The notes under the pieces: generated by a model
What the model was told of the DNA's origin: nothing
The model's input: only the letters and a program-made list of their open reading frames with translations
Database searches by the model: none
Assembly: GCF_041886205.1 (NCBI RefSeq)
Contig: NZ_CP169029.1
Length of the DNA stretch: 64,000 nt
Origin: Escherichia coli
Lineage (GTDB): Bacteria > Pseudomonadota > Gammaproteobacteria > Enterobacterales > Enterobacteriaceae
Strand: one strand, 5' to 3'
Program-made: the position numbers and the translations under genes
Part shown: one piece after another, positions 28,599 through 37,119 of the stretch
Layout of the letters: each line of letters begins with the position of its first letter
How positions within the stretch are numbered: the stretch's first letter is position 1

Positions 28599-28841
28599 TT
28601 AGTAACGCCAGCGGTCATAACGCTGATATTTCGGCACTTTTGGTGCTTTAATCGCCTTAATAACCCACACCACCGCAATCGCCAGTAGTAACCACGGCAG
28701 CAACTTAATCATCAATGCCAGCATACCGCCGAGGAACATAATGGCCGTCGCCACAACCAGCGCGGCGATAATGCCCAGCAACGAAACGCCGGTGACCATC
28801 AGCATGACAAAAAAGCCAATCACAAAAAGTAGTTCCAGCAT
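28599..28841 (-). CDS. pspG: Phage-shock protein G PspG (80 aa membrane protein)
   Basis: MLELLFVIGFFVMLMVTGVSLLGIIAALVV...; real start 28841 rather than ORF-track 29051. Confidence 0.85.
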   Translation of the reverse strand: MLELLFVIGFFVMLMVTGVSLLGIIAALVVATAIMFLGGMLALMIKLLPWLLLAIAVVWVIKAIKAPKVPKYQRYDRWRY

Positions 28842-28875
28842 GATGCACTCCCAAATATGAAATCTCTTGCTGGCA

Positions 28876-28891
28876 TTACAAGAATCATGCC
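28876..28891 (-). promoter_or_regulatory. Candidate sigma-54 (-24/-12) promoter of pspG
   Basis: Reverse strand reads TGGCATGATTCTTGTA (GG-N10-TT spacing, cf. TGGCAC-N5-TTGC), about 35 bp upstream of the pspG ATG; pspG is known to be PspF/sigma-54 dependent. Confidence 0.45.
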
Positions 28892-28974
28892 AAAAATAAT
28901 CTATTGATTTAACAGCAAAACGCCCCGCGACGGTGCGCAGGGCGTGGTGAATTTGACTATTTTTTGGTGAAAAG

Positions 28975-30012
28975 TTAACGCTTATCCGCCACCAGTTTGA
29001 GCGCGTGTTCCAGCACATTAATGTCTGCACCCGCTTTATGGGCATTTTCACTTAAATAACGCCGCCACTGCCGCGCGCCAGGAATACCCTGGAACAAGCC
29101 CAACATATGCCGGGTAATATGACCGAGATACGTCCCCTGGCTGAGTTCACGCTCAATGTACGGATACATGGCGCGCACTACCGCCACCGGATCGGCATCG
29201 ATATCCGAGGAACCAAAGATCTCCCGGTCTACCGCCGCCAGAATACCCGGATTCTGATACGCCTCGCGCCCGACCATCACGCCATCCATATGTTGCAGGT
29301 GTGCTTTGGCCTCTTCCAGCGACTTGATACCACCGTTAATCGACATTGTCAGATGCGGAAAGTCACGCTTCAGTTGATACACACGCGGATAATCGAGCGG
29401 CGGGATCTCACGGTTTTCTTTCGGACTTAACCCCGAAAGCCAGGCTTTACGTGCATGGATGATGAACATCTCACACTCGCCTTTGCCGGAAACGGTGTTG
29501 ATGAAATCGCAGAGAAATTCATAGCTGTCCTGGTCGTCGATGCCAATACGCGTTTTCACCGTCACCGGAATCGACACCACATCGCGCATCGCTTTCACGC
29601 AGTCGGCAACCAGCTGCGCATTACCCATCAGACACGCACCAAACATGCCGTTCTGCACCCGGTCAGACGGGCAGCCGACATTCAGGTTGATCTCATCATA
29701 TCCACGCGCTTCTGCCAGCTTCGCACACTGCGCCAGCGCCGCCGGATCGCTACCGCCGAGTTGCAACGCTACCGGATGTTCTTCTTCACTATACGCCAGG
29801 TAATCACCTTTACCGTGAATAATCGCCCCTGTAGTTACCATTTCAGTATACAGCAACGTATTGCGGGAAAGCAGACGCAAGAAATAGCGGCAATGTCTGT
29901 CCGTCCAGTCGAGCATAGGAGCAATGCTAAACCGAGAATTCCAGTAAACACCAGTTTTTTCAGGCATCACGCTGGTTTGATTAATTTTTTGTGTTTCATG
30001 ATTATCGTGCAT
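28975..30012 (-). CDS. dusA: tRNA-dihydrouridine synthase A DusA; 5' end abuts the prophage integrase
   Basis: Dus-family TIM-barrel flavoenzyme; alternative start at 29967 would give 330 aa; the extreme 5' end is probably supplied by the integrated element. Confidence 0.9.
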   Translation of the reverse strand: MHDNHETQKINQTSVMPEKTGVYWNSRFSIAPMLDWTDRHCRYFLRLLSRNTLLYTEMVTTGAIIHGKGDYLAYSEEEHPVALQLGGSDPAALAQCAKLAEARGYDEINLNVGCPSDRVQNGMFGACLMGNAQLVADCVKAMRDVVSIPVTVKTRIGIDDQDSYEFLCDFINTVSGKGECEMFIIHARKAWLSGLSPKENREIPPLDYPRVYQLKRDFPHLTMSINGGIKSLEEAKAHLQHMDGVMVGREAYQNPGILAAVDREIFGSSDIDADPVAVVRAMYPYIERELSQGTYLGHITRHMLGLFQGIPGARQWRRYLSENAHKAGADINVLEHALKLVADKR

Positions 30013-30100
30013 TTTTGAACATTTCAGGCTATTTTTCTCGCGTTAGGTTCCCGCACAGGTTCCCACGTTTTATGGGAACCCGAAATAACGAGGTCGTGTA

Positions 30101-31198
30101 ATGGCGTACTATAACATAGAGAAACGACTAAAATCCGATGGCACACCACGCTATCGCTGTAATGTGATTATCAAAGAAAAAGGTGTTATCACTTACAGGG
30201 AAAGCAAAACATTCCCTAAACATGCTCATGCCAAAACATGGGGCACACAGAAAGTGATGGAATTAGATCTATATGGCATTCCATCATCAAATGCAGTTGA
30301 CGGACTTACAGTCCGTGACTTACTACACAAATATTTAAATGACCCAAATGCCGGAGGTAAAGCAGGCCGTACTAAAAGATATGTGCTAGAACTGCTTATG
30401 GATAGTGACATCTCCGCGATCAAACTATCTGAACTGACAGAAAATGACGTAATTGAACATTGCAGGCTAAGAAACAACGCTGGCGCAGGTCCAGCAACAG
30501 TCAGCCACGATGTTAGTTATCTTGGTAGTGTTCTGGATGCGGCCAAACCTGTATACGGAATTAATTACACATCAAACCCGGCGAAAAGTGCTCGTCCATA
30601 TCTACTTAAACTTGGTTTGATTGGTAAATCAAACCGTCGTAATCGTAGACCAGCATCTGATGAACTGGACATGCTCATTGAAGGCCTTCAACAACGATCT
30701 ACTCATAAATGCTCAAAAATTCCGTTCGTTGATATCCTCAAATTTTCTGTGTGGTCCTGTATGCGAATCGGAGAAGTATGCCGGTTACGATGGGAAGATC
30801 TCGACCAGGAACAAAAATCTATACTCGTAAGAGACAGGAAAGATCCACGCAAAAAGGAAGGCAACCACATGAAAGTAGCCTTGCTTGGGGAAGCCTGGGA
30901 TATCGTCCAACGACAGCCCCAAAAATCGGAATTCATTTTTCCATATAACAGCACTTCTGTTACTGCGGGATTTCAGAGAGTAAGAAGCAAATTAGGTATT
31001 AAGGATCTGCGATACCATGATTTGCGTAGAGAAGGGGCAAGTCGCTTATTTGAGGCTGGTTTTAGTATTGAGGAAGTCGCCCAGGTTACAGGGCATCGTT
31101 CATTAAACGTGCTATGGCAGGTATATACCGAACTGTATCCGAAATCTTTACATAATCGTTTTGAAGAGCTCCAAAGGAGCAGAAATAAGATCCCTTGA
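30101..31198 (+). CDS. int: Tyrosine site-specific integrase (dusA-targeting type)
   Basis: 365-aa ORF with C-terminal catalytic region (HDLRREGASR ... LWQVYTELY); first phage gene next to the dusA 5' end. Confidence 0.8.
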   Translation: MAYYNIEKRLKSDGTPRYRCNVIIKEKGVITYRESKTFPKHAHAKTWGTQKVMELDLYGIPSSNAVDGLTVRDLLHKYLNDPNAGGKAGRTKRYVLELLMDSDISAIKLSELTENDVIEHCRLRNNAGAGPATVSHDVSYLGSVLDAAKPVYGINYTSNPAKSARPYLLKLGLIGKSNRRNRRPASDELDMLIEGLQQRSTHKCSKIPFVDILKFSVWSCMRIGEVCRLRWEDLDQEQKSILVRDRKDPRKKEGNHMKVALLGEAWDIVQRQPQKSEFIFPYNSTSVTAGFQRVRSKLGIKDLRYHDLRREGASRLFEAGFSIEEVAQVTGHRSLNVLWQVYTELYPKSLHNRFEELQRSRNKIP

Positions 31199-31200
31199 CA

Positions 31201-31244
31201 CTGTTTATCCATACAGTTAAAAATAATACTGTATACAAACACAG
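31201..31244. promoter_or_regulatory. Two tandem LexA (SOS) boxes upstream of the dinI-like gene
   Basis: ctgtttatccatacag (31201-31216) and ctgtatacaaacacag (31229-31244), both CTGT-N8-ACAG; a TTGACA hexamer sits at 31195-31200. Confidence 0.7.
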
Positions 31245-31259
31245 TATAGAGGGACTTTT

Positions 31260-31508
31260 ATGCGTATTGAAATCTGCATAGCCAAAGAAAAAATGACTAA
31301 AATGCCAACCGGTGCTGTGGATGCGTTAAAGGAAGAATTAACCCGACGCATCAGTAAGCGTTATGACGATGTAGAGGTGATCGTAAAAGCCACCAGCAAC
31401 GATGGGCTTTCAGTTACACCTACTGCAGATAAAGATTCAGCTAAAACTTTTGTGCAGGAAACTCTGAAAGATACCTGGGAGTCTGCTGACGAGTGGTTTG
31501 TTCACTAA
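31260..31508 (+). CDS. DinI-family protein (82 aa)
   Basis: [31 protein letters not shown]...[16 protein letters not shown] resembles DinI (MRIEV..., C-terminal ETWESADDWFV). Confidence 0.75.
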   Translation: MRIEICIAKEKMTKMPTGAVDALKEELTRRISKRYDDVEVIVKATSNDGLSVTPTADKDSAKTFVQETLKDTWESADEWFVH

Positions 31509-31511
31509 TTA

Positions 31512-31570
31512 GCACTATCGGAAGTTCACCAGCCAACCGCAGCACGTTTTTGCATACAACGTGCCTGCGG
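31512..31570. repeat. Repeat copy R1 (about 60 bp, hairpin plus T-run; acts as dinI-like terminator)
   Basis: gcactatcggaagttcaccagccaaccgcagcacgtttttgcatacaacgtgcctgcgg followed by ttttt; about 90% identical to 34181-34240. Confidence 0.7.
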
Positions 31571-31731
31571 TTTTTCGAGACTATTCTGACCGTCATACTT
31601 ACACATCAACTTAGCGCCCATCCAGAGAAATTATCTTTTTTGCATTCCGAAGATTCAAAGAGTTAGCCTAATTTTCCAGATAGTTTTCTCGACAAATCTG
31701 AGGTATTTTGGTTATCGATATAGTGCTTTGG

Positions 31732-32788
31732 GGCTTTGTTGAATAAATCAGATTTCGGGTAAGTCTCCCCCGTAGCGGGTTGTGTTTTCAGGCAATACGC
31801 ACGCTTTCAGGCATACCTGCTTTCGTCATTTTGTTCAGCGCTCGTACCAGGGCCATAGCCTCTGCAACCTGACCATCGTAGTCACGCAGCGTCAGTGAAC
31901 CCCCGAACAGCTGTTTTACCCGGTACATCGCCGTTTCCGCTATCGAGCGACGGTTGTAATCTGTTGTCCATTTCCACCGCGCATTACTCCCGGTCATTCG
32001 CTGATTAGCCACTGCACGGTTACGGTCTGCATATTCACCGGGCCAGTAACCCGCACCTTTTCGGGGAGGGATAAGCGCGCTGATTTTCTTACGCCGCAGT
32101 TCATCGTGACATAGCCGGGTATCGTAAGCGCCATCGGCGGCGGCTGACCTGATTTTCCGGTGGGTTTGCCGGATTAACCCGGGGAAGGCCTCTGAGTCCG
32201 TAACGTTGTTCAGCGACAGGTCAGCGCAGATGATTTCATGTGTTTTACTGTCAACGGCGAGATGCAGCTTACGCCAGATACGGCGGCGTTCCTGGCCATG
32301 CTTTTTGACTTTCCACTCGCCTTCACCGAAGACCTTCAGCCCGGTGGAATCAATTACCAGGTGTGCGATTTCACCCCGGGTGGGCGTTTTGAAACTGACA
32401 TTAACCGACTTTGCCCGCCTGCTGACACAGCTGTAATCCGGGCAGCGTAGCGGAACGTTCATCAGAGAAAAAATGGAATCAATAAAGCCCTGCGCAGCGC
32501 GCAGGGTCAGCCTGAATACGCGTTTAATGACCAGCACAGTCGTGATGGCAAGGTCAGAATAGCGCTGAGGTCTGCCTCGTGAAGAAGGTGTTGCTGACTC
32601 ATACCAGGCCTGAATAGCTTCATCATCCAGCCAGAAAGTTATGGAGCCACGGTTGATGAGGGCTTTATTGTAGGTGGGCCAGTTGGTGATTTTGAACTTT
32701 TGCTTTGCCACGGAACGGTCTGCGTTGTCGGGAAGATACGTGATCTGATCCTTCAACTCAGCAAAAGTTCGATTTATTCAACAAAGCC
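31732..32788. mobile_element. IS903-group insertion sequence (IS5 family), 1057 bp, apparently intact
   Basis: 18-bp terminal inverted repeats ggctttgttgaataaatc (31732-31749) and gatttattcaacaaagcc (32771-32788); flanked by 9-bp direct target duplication gtgctttgg (31723-31731 and 32789-32797). Confidence 0.9.
31788..32756 (-). CDS. IS903-group DDE transposase
   Basis: 322-aa ORF filling the IS; motif DSTGLKVFGEGEWKVKKHG typical of IS903/IS102 transposases; true start may be internal. Confidence 0.85.
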   Translation of the reverse strand: MKDQITYLPDNADRSVAKQKFKITNWPTYNKALINRGSITFWLDDEAIQAWYESATPSSRGRPQRYSDLAITTVLVIKRVFRLTLRAAQGFIDSIFSLMNVPLRCPDYSCVSRRAKSVNVSFKTPTRGEIAHLVIDSTGLKVFGEGEWKVKKHGQERRRIWRKLHLAVDSKTHEIICADLSLNNVTDSEAFPGLIRQTHRKIRSAAADGAYDTRLCHDELRRKKISALIPPRKGAGYWPGEYADRNRAVANQRMTGSNARWKWTTDYNRRSIAETAMYRVKQLFGGSLTLRDYDGQVAEAMALVRALNKMTKAGMPESVRIA

Positions 32789-32843
32789 GTGCTTTGGCTG
32801 AGGAACAGCATTAAATTCAACCATTTTATTCATAGGGATTAAA

Positions 32844-33848
32844 ATGCAAGATACAGACGTTTACGTATACATAGGCGATGTTCACCGCTCTGGTCATCAC
32901 GACATCACCAAAGCGATTAAAGAAAGAAAAACTAACCATGGTTTACAAAAAAATGTTCTTTTTTGCGTCGCTACCTATGGCGGTGATCCCAGCGCAGGAT
33001 ATAGAATTGGCCGCGCTTTGCAACACAACTATGAACACATCACCGTTCTAGTTGTTGGCCCTTGCAAAAGTGCTGGAACCTTGATGGCTGTCGCCGCTCA
33101 TAAGCTCGTGATTGGTGATATGGGTGAGCTTGGTCCTCTAGACATCCAACTTAAGAAAAATGATGAGATCGGCGAATTGAGCTCGGGCCTTGTTATCGCA
33201 ACGGCGATTGATGAAATAAAAGAGTGCGCTATTTCGACCTTTAGATCATACGTACTTGATATAAAGTACAGAAACCAAATTAGCACGAAGATGTCTGCAG
33301 ATATTGCTGCTAAGCTTACTGAAGCAATCATATCGCCGATGGCCTCACAGATAGACCCCATCAAACTCGGGGAGCATCAACGAGCAATGAACATAGCGCT
33401 TTCCTATGGGGAGCGTTTGAATAGTCACTCGAAAAATCTTAAGGAAAGCTCCTTAGGCAAGTTGATCGCTGGATATCCAGCCCATGGTTTTGTGATAGAC
33501 CGTAAAGAGGCGAGGGAACTATTCAACCATGTTGAGAGTCCTACAGACTTTGCAGCCAACCTGTACGAAGTTCTTGGTGAGATGATTTCGTCAGGCGAAA
33601 TCTCTATCTTCGACAAACCGGTGATTAAAGATTTAACTCCTAAAAAACAATATGAAACAACTAACGCAGAGGAAGATTCCCATGACAACAGCAGAATTCA
33701 GGAAGGAGATGAAATCTCTGACCAAAATTCAGGAAGAGCAGAACCGCCAAGGGATGAACCTGTCCAGGGAAGCGATGGAAAACATGCGGAAATTGAAGAA
33801 GAGGCTGGAACCTTACCAGCAGAGCAACCAGATGAAGGCACTCAGTGA
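32844..33848 (+). CDS. Orphan ClpP/crotonase-fold serine peptidase-like protein (S49/SDH-like) with acidic low-complexity C-terminal tail
   Basis: 334-aa AT-rich ORF with SD (aggga) 8 bp upstream; core ...VATYGGDPSAGYRIGRAL...VVGPCKSAGTLMAVAAHKLVIGDMGELGPLD resembles Clp-fold peptidases; last ~70 aa rich in E/D/Q; family assignment from memory only. Confidence 0.55.
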   Translation: MQDTDVYVYIGDVHRSGHHDITKAIKERKTNHGLQKNVLFCVATYGGDPSAGYRIGRALQHNYEHITVLVVGPCKSAGTLMAVAAHKLVIGDMGELGPLDIQLKKNDEIGELSSGLVIATAIDEIKECAISTFRSYVLDIKYRNQISTKMSADIAAKLTEAIISPMASQIDPIKLGEHQRAMNIALSYGERLNSHSKNLKESSLGKLIAGYPAHGFVIDRKEARELFNHVESPTDFAANLYEVLGEMISSGEISIFDKPVIKDLTPKKQYETTNAEEDSHDNSRIQEGDEISDQNSGRAEPPRDEPVQGSDGKHAEIEEEAGTLPAEQPDEGTQ

Positions 33849-33869
33849 ATATTGTAGTTTCTGATTGAG

Positions 33870-33901
33870 GACCTCGGCTACTACGCCGGGGTCTCTTTTT
33901 A
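33870..33901 (+). terminator. Intrinsic terminator after the peptidase gene
   Basis: gacctcggc-tactac-gccggggtc hairpin followed by tctttttaca. Confidence 0.6.
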
Positions 33902-34180
33902 CATCACTGGGCAGTCATCAAACTCCGCATTCCTAGCATCGTGATGATGTACGTGATTGCTCCGAATATTGAGTGTGAGTAATTGTAGCCACCACCATCA
34001 TCTGGCAGTGCTTCCGTTCTCCAGATTTATCAGGTGGGACTAAGGATGAGTACGATATCGCTTAATCCTGAAACTCCATTTCAGACAGGGACCCTATTAC
34101 AGACCGAAAGACCACAGATAAGTAGTTTGTTCATAAATTAATGCGTAGAATCAATAACGGCTGGAAATCATTCAATACTC

Positions 34181-34240
34181 GCACTATCGAAAGTTCGCCA
34201 GCCAGCCGCAGCACGTTCTTGCATACGACGTGGCTGCGGC
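34181..34240. repeat. Repeat copy R2 (about 60 bp) next to the invertase 3' end
   Basis: gcactatcgaaagttcgccagccagccgcagcacgttcttgcatacgacgtggctgcgg; 54/60 identical to R1; contains 13-bp stem agccgcagcacgt / acgtg(g)ctgcggct. Confidence 0.7.
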
Positions 34241-34280
34241 TTCCAACATTAGACAAATAACTCTTTAAATTGCTTTTAAA

Positions 34281-34844
34281 TTATTTCGTTTGAATGCCAG
34301 TAACAGGAAATCGTTTATATAGGGTTGATAGCCCAACGTTATAGATACGTGCAACATAACGCCGTGATTTCCCTGCCGCTATGAGCGCTCCCATCTGTTG
34401 CCACTGCTCGTCGCTAAACTTCGGTCTACGCCCACCAATCCGGCCTTTGGATCTGGCAATAGCCAAACCAGCTAAAGTTCGCTCGCTATTCAAATCAGAT
34501 TCATACTGCGCAGCAGAAAGAATATTACGGAAATTATAGCGACCACTTGCTGTTTTCAGGTCTACACCATCTGTAATACTCCGAAAATTAACGCCTTTTT
34601 CGTGCAGATTTTGAAACATCAATAGCGCATGTAGCACATTTCTCCCTATCCGATCTAGCTTCCAGACAATCAACTCATCTCCACTTTTCATCACCGAAAT
34701 TAATTCCTTTAACACAGGGCGATTAGCTGTTCTGCCACTGGCATATTCTTCATAAATTCGCTCACAGCCAGCTGACTCAAGTGCAAGACGTTGCAACTCT
34801 GTATCCTGATGATTTGTTGATACACGAACATACCCGTAAATCAT
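34281..34844 (-). CDS. Serine DNA invertase (Pin/Gin/Hin/Cin family)
   Basis: N-terminus MIYGYVRVSTNHQDTELQ with catalytic Ser, resolvase domain, C-terminal HTH (GLSTLYKRF); adjacent to invertible tail-fibre segment. Confidence 0.9.
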   Translation of the reverse strand: MIYGYVRVSTNHQDTELQRLALESAGCERIYEEYASGRTANRPVLKELISVMKSGDELIVWKLDRIGRNVLHALLMFQNLHEKGVNFRSITDGVDLKTASGRYNFRNILSAAQYESDLNSERTLAGLAIARSKGRIGGRRPKFSDEQWQQMGALIAAGKSRRYVARIYNVGLSTLYKRFPVTGIQTK

Positions 34845-34903
34845 GAGTGCTTCTCCTGTTGTAAAAACAGGAGAAGAGGCGAAATATCACCTGATTCAGA
34901 AAA

Positions 34904-34929
34904 ATATTTGAAAGGTTGGTTTGGGAGAA
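34904..34929. promoter_or_regulatory. Left crossover site of the invertible tail-fibre segment
   Basis: Contains ttggtttgggagaag (34916-34930), inverted copy of cttctcccaaaccaa at 36813-36827; half-site resembles gix half TTATCCAAAACC. Confidence 0.65.
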
Positions 34930-35415
34930 GGCTCAGCGTTACCCGTTGGTGTGCCTGTTCCGTGGCCTTCAGCCACACCACCAACAGGCTGGCTGAAATG
35001 CAACGGTGCACCTTTTTCTGCCGAAGAGTACCCAAAACTGGCAAAGGCTTACCCAAAGTTAAAATTACCGGATTTGCGCGGTGAGTTTATTCGCGGGTGG
35101 GATGATGGGCGAGGTGTTGATTCCGCGAGACTGCTGCTTTCAAGTCAGGCAGCATCTATCCTTGAACATAACCATGAAATGCATGGATGGACAGGGAACC
35201 CACTCATGGCTAGAGATGTTGGTGAATTAGGTACATCATCCGTATTTGCGGTGCAGTTGAGCATTGGCGATGGCGGGTTATTGTATTCGTGGAAGGATGG
35301 GAGTGGAACAACAAATGACAGTAAACGAATGGATAGAACAAATCATGTCAGTTCCGGCGCCGGTGATGGTAGCCCGCGAAACATTGCATTTAACTACATT
35401 GTGAGGGCTGCATAA
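34921..35415 (+). CDS. Alternative (currently unexpressed) tail-fibre C-terminal variable domain
   Basis: Frame opens exactly at the left crossover site with no ATG (ORF-track M is TTG); encodes tail-collar-like receptor-binding domain. Confidence 0.7.
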   Translation: MGEGSALPVGVPVPWPSATPPTGWLKCNGAPFSAEEYPKLAKAYPKLKLPDLRGEFIRGWDDGRGVDSARLLLSSQAASILEHNHEMHGWTGNPLMARDVGELGTSSVFAVQLSIGDGGLLYSWKDGSGTTNDSKRMDRTNHVSSGAGDGSPRNIAFNYIVRAA

Positions 35416-36018
35416 ATGGAACAGGCTATTTTGGGAAAAGACGGTTACGCTTTAAATGATGGGGAAATCATCGTACATAACTATGATGGCGAAACGCGGG
35501 AATATATTTCTACATCAACTGAATATCTCGCTGTCGGAGTCGGTATCCCGGCATGTTCCTGTCTGGATGCACCAGGTACACATAAAGCTGGTTATGCAAT
35601 CTGTCGCTCTGTAGATTTAAATTCATGGGAATATGTGCCAGACCATCGCGGTGAAACGGTCTATAGCACCAAAACAGGAGAATCAAAAGAAATCACCGCT
35701 CCGGGTGATTACCCTGAAAATACAACCACTATCGCCCCATTAACGCCATACGATAAATGGGATGGTGAGAAATGGGTGACCGATACTGAGGCACAGCATA
35801 GCGCCGCAGTAGACGCGGCAGAAGCACAGCGCCAGTCACTGATTGATGCTGCAATGGCTTCCATTAGTCTGATTCAACTGAAATTGCAGGCCGGACGTAA
35901 ACTGACGCAGGCAGAAACAACCAGACTTAACGCTGTGCTGGATTACATTGACGCGGTGACGGCAACAGATACCAGCACCGCGCCGGATGTCATCTGGCCT
36001 GAACTGCCGGAGGCGTAG
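35416..36018 (+). CDS. Tail-fibre assembly chaperone (Tfa) for the alternative fibre
   Basis: 200 aa with conserved Tfa C-terminus LNAVLDYIDAVTATDTSTAPDVIWPELP. Confidence 0.75.
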   Translation: MEQAILGKDGYALNDGEIIVHNYDGETREYISTSTEYLAVGVGIPACSCLDAPGTHKAGYAICRSVDLNSWEYVPDHRGETVYSTKTGESKEITAPGDYPENTTTIAPLTPYDKWDGEKWVTDTEAQHSAAVDAAEAQRQSLIDAAMASISLIQLKLQAGRKLTQAETTRLNAVLDYIDAVTATDTSTAPDVIWPELPEA

Positions 36019-36442
36019 GCCATTCAATATCTGGCGCACTGGAGGTATCAACCAGCTCCAGTGCATCCAGATAATCCAGCCACAAATTATATTGCGCCAG
36101 TTCCTCACCTTTCAGACGACCAATAGCGGCTTTACCGGGCCATTGCTTACTGTTCATGTATTCGTTGGCCTGGTTAATTAGTAGCTGTCTTTCTGATTCA
36201 GTAATTTCAATAAGCTCTTCATGCGTGGGTGGAGGAATATCTGCCCACGCAGGCAGCCCATCATCTCCGGCAATACGGATTTTTCCTTGTGGCGGTTCAG
36301 CCATAAACTCACTGATAATATTTTGATTTACTTCCTTAGCGTCTGATAAATCCCATCCCTCTGATTTATATTTATCAATCATATCCACAGGGAAAAAAGC
36401 ATTATGCCTTGCGCTATAAACATATTCGTTCATATAAATCAC
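35990..36442 (-). CDS. Tail-fibre assembly chaperone (Tfa) for the currently expressed fibre
   Basis: 150 aa, C-terminus LWLDYLDALELVDTSSAPDIEWPTPP; converges on the other tfa. Confidence 0.75.
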   Translation of the reverse strand: MIYMNEYVYSARHNAFFPVDMIDKYKSEGWDLSDAKEVNQNIISEFMAEPPQGKIRIAGDDGLPAWADIPPPTHEELIEITESERQLLINQANEYMNSKQWPGKAAIGRLKGEELAQYNLWLDYLDALELVDTSSAPDIEWPTPPAVQAR

Positions 36443-36453
36443 CCTGAATAAAA

Positions 36454-37116
36454 TTACTCACCAACAGCCCACCAACTGTAATTCATCGATACCGTGTCGC
36501 TGGTTGATGACGTTCTGTAAGCAGAATTAAAGCCGGTTAACGTTGGGCCTTCTGCAGTCATCACGAACCCTCGCCCAGCGCCTAAAGGCGCACCGCCATC
36601 ACCAGAATGAGTAAGCATGGCGCAGTCCGCTTTTTTGGGGAAAGGGATGCTGAATGTAATTCTCATTGTTTGCGTCGATAATGTCGGCGTAACCGCACCA
36701 CGACCATATTGCAGGATTTTCCCGTTGGGTAATTTCATCCATCCATCACCACTGGCAAAAGAGGCCATGTCCGGTATCTGATTTTCCCCTGTCCCCACAT
36801 CCCGTTTTGCCGCTTCTCCCAAACCAAGGTTTTCGAGAGCCGTTTTCACCGTGCCATCCGATTTGATATCGCCAAACGGATTCTTGCGGCTTAACAGCAG
36901 CGCACGAAGCGCGGTAAGCAGCTGGTCATGCCGCCCCTTCTCCAGGCTGGCACCGGATGCCTCCACCACGCTGCAAAGTTCCTCCTGCAACATGTCAAAG
37001 TAGTCATCATCCAGATCGGTGGCAGGCGTGCCGGTCTGGGGGTTACCACGGGTAAAACCGTTCTTACCCGCGCCGAACTTATCCTTCTGCGCGGTTTTCG
37101 TGTCTATACGATGCAT
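36454..37116 (-). CDS. Tail-fibre protein (constant N-terminus fused to the currently selected variable C-terminus)
   Basis: Conserved N-terminus [47 protein letters not shown]; crossover site falls at ...[10 protein letters not shown]. Confidence 0.8.
   Translation of the reverse strand: MHRIDTKTAQKDKFGAGKNGFTRGNPQTGTPATDLDDDYFDMLQEELCSVVEASGASLEKGRHDQLLTALRALLLSRKNPFGDIKSDGTVKTALENLGLGEAAKRDVGTGENQIPDMASFASGDGWMKLPNGKILQYGRGAVTPTLSTQTMRITFSIPFPKKADCAMLTHSGDGGAPLGAGRGFVMTAEGPTLTGFNSAYRTSSTSDTVSMNYSWWAVGE
36814..36839. promoter_or_regulatory. Right crossover site of the invertible segment (inside the tail-fibre gene)
   Basis: ttctcccaaacc-aa-ggttttcgagag, near-perfect dyad; inverted relative to left site. 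Confidence 0.65.
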
Positions 37117-37119
37117 GAA

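Noticed and set aside
30013-30100. tRNA gene as integration target next to the integrase
   Set aside because: No tRNA-like cloverleaf sequence seen between dusA and int; integration is into the dusA 5' end instead
31788-32756. Transposase considered as IS5 (InsH)
   Set aside because: Protein does not resemble IS5 InsH; terminal repeats ggctttgttgaataaatc, 1057-bp length and 9-bp duplication match the IS903 group
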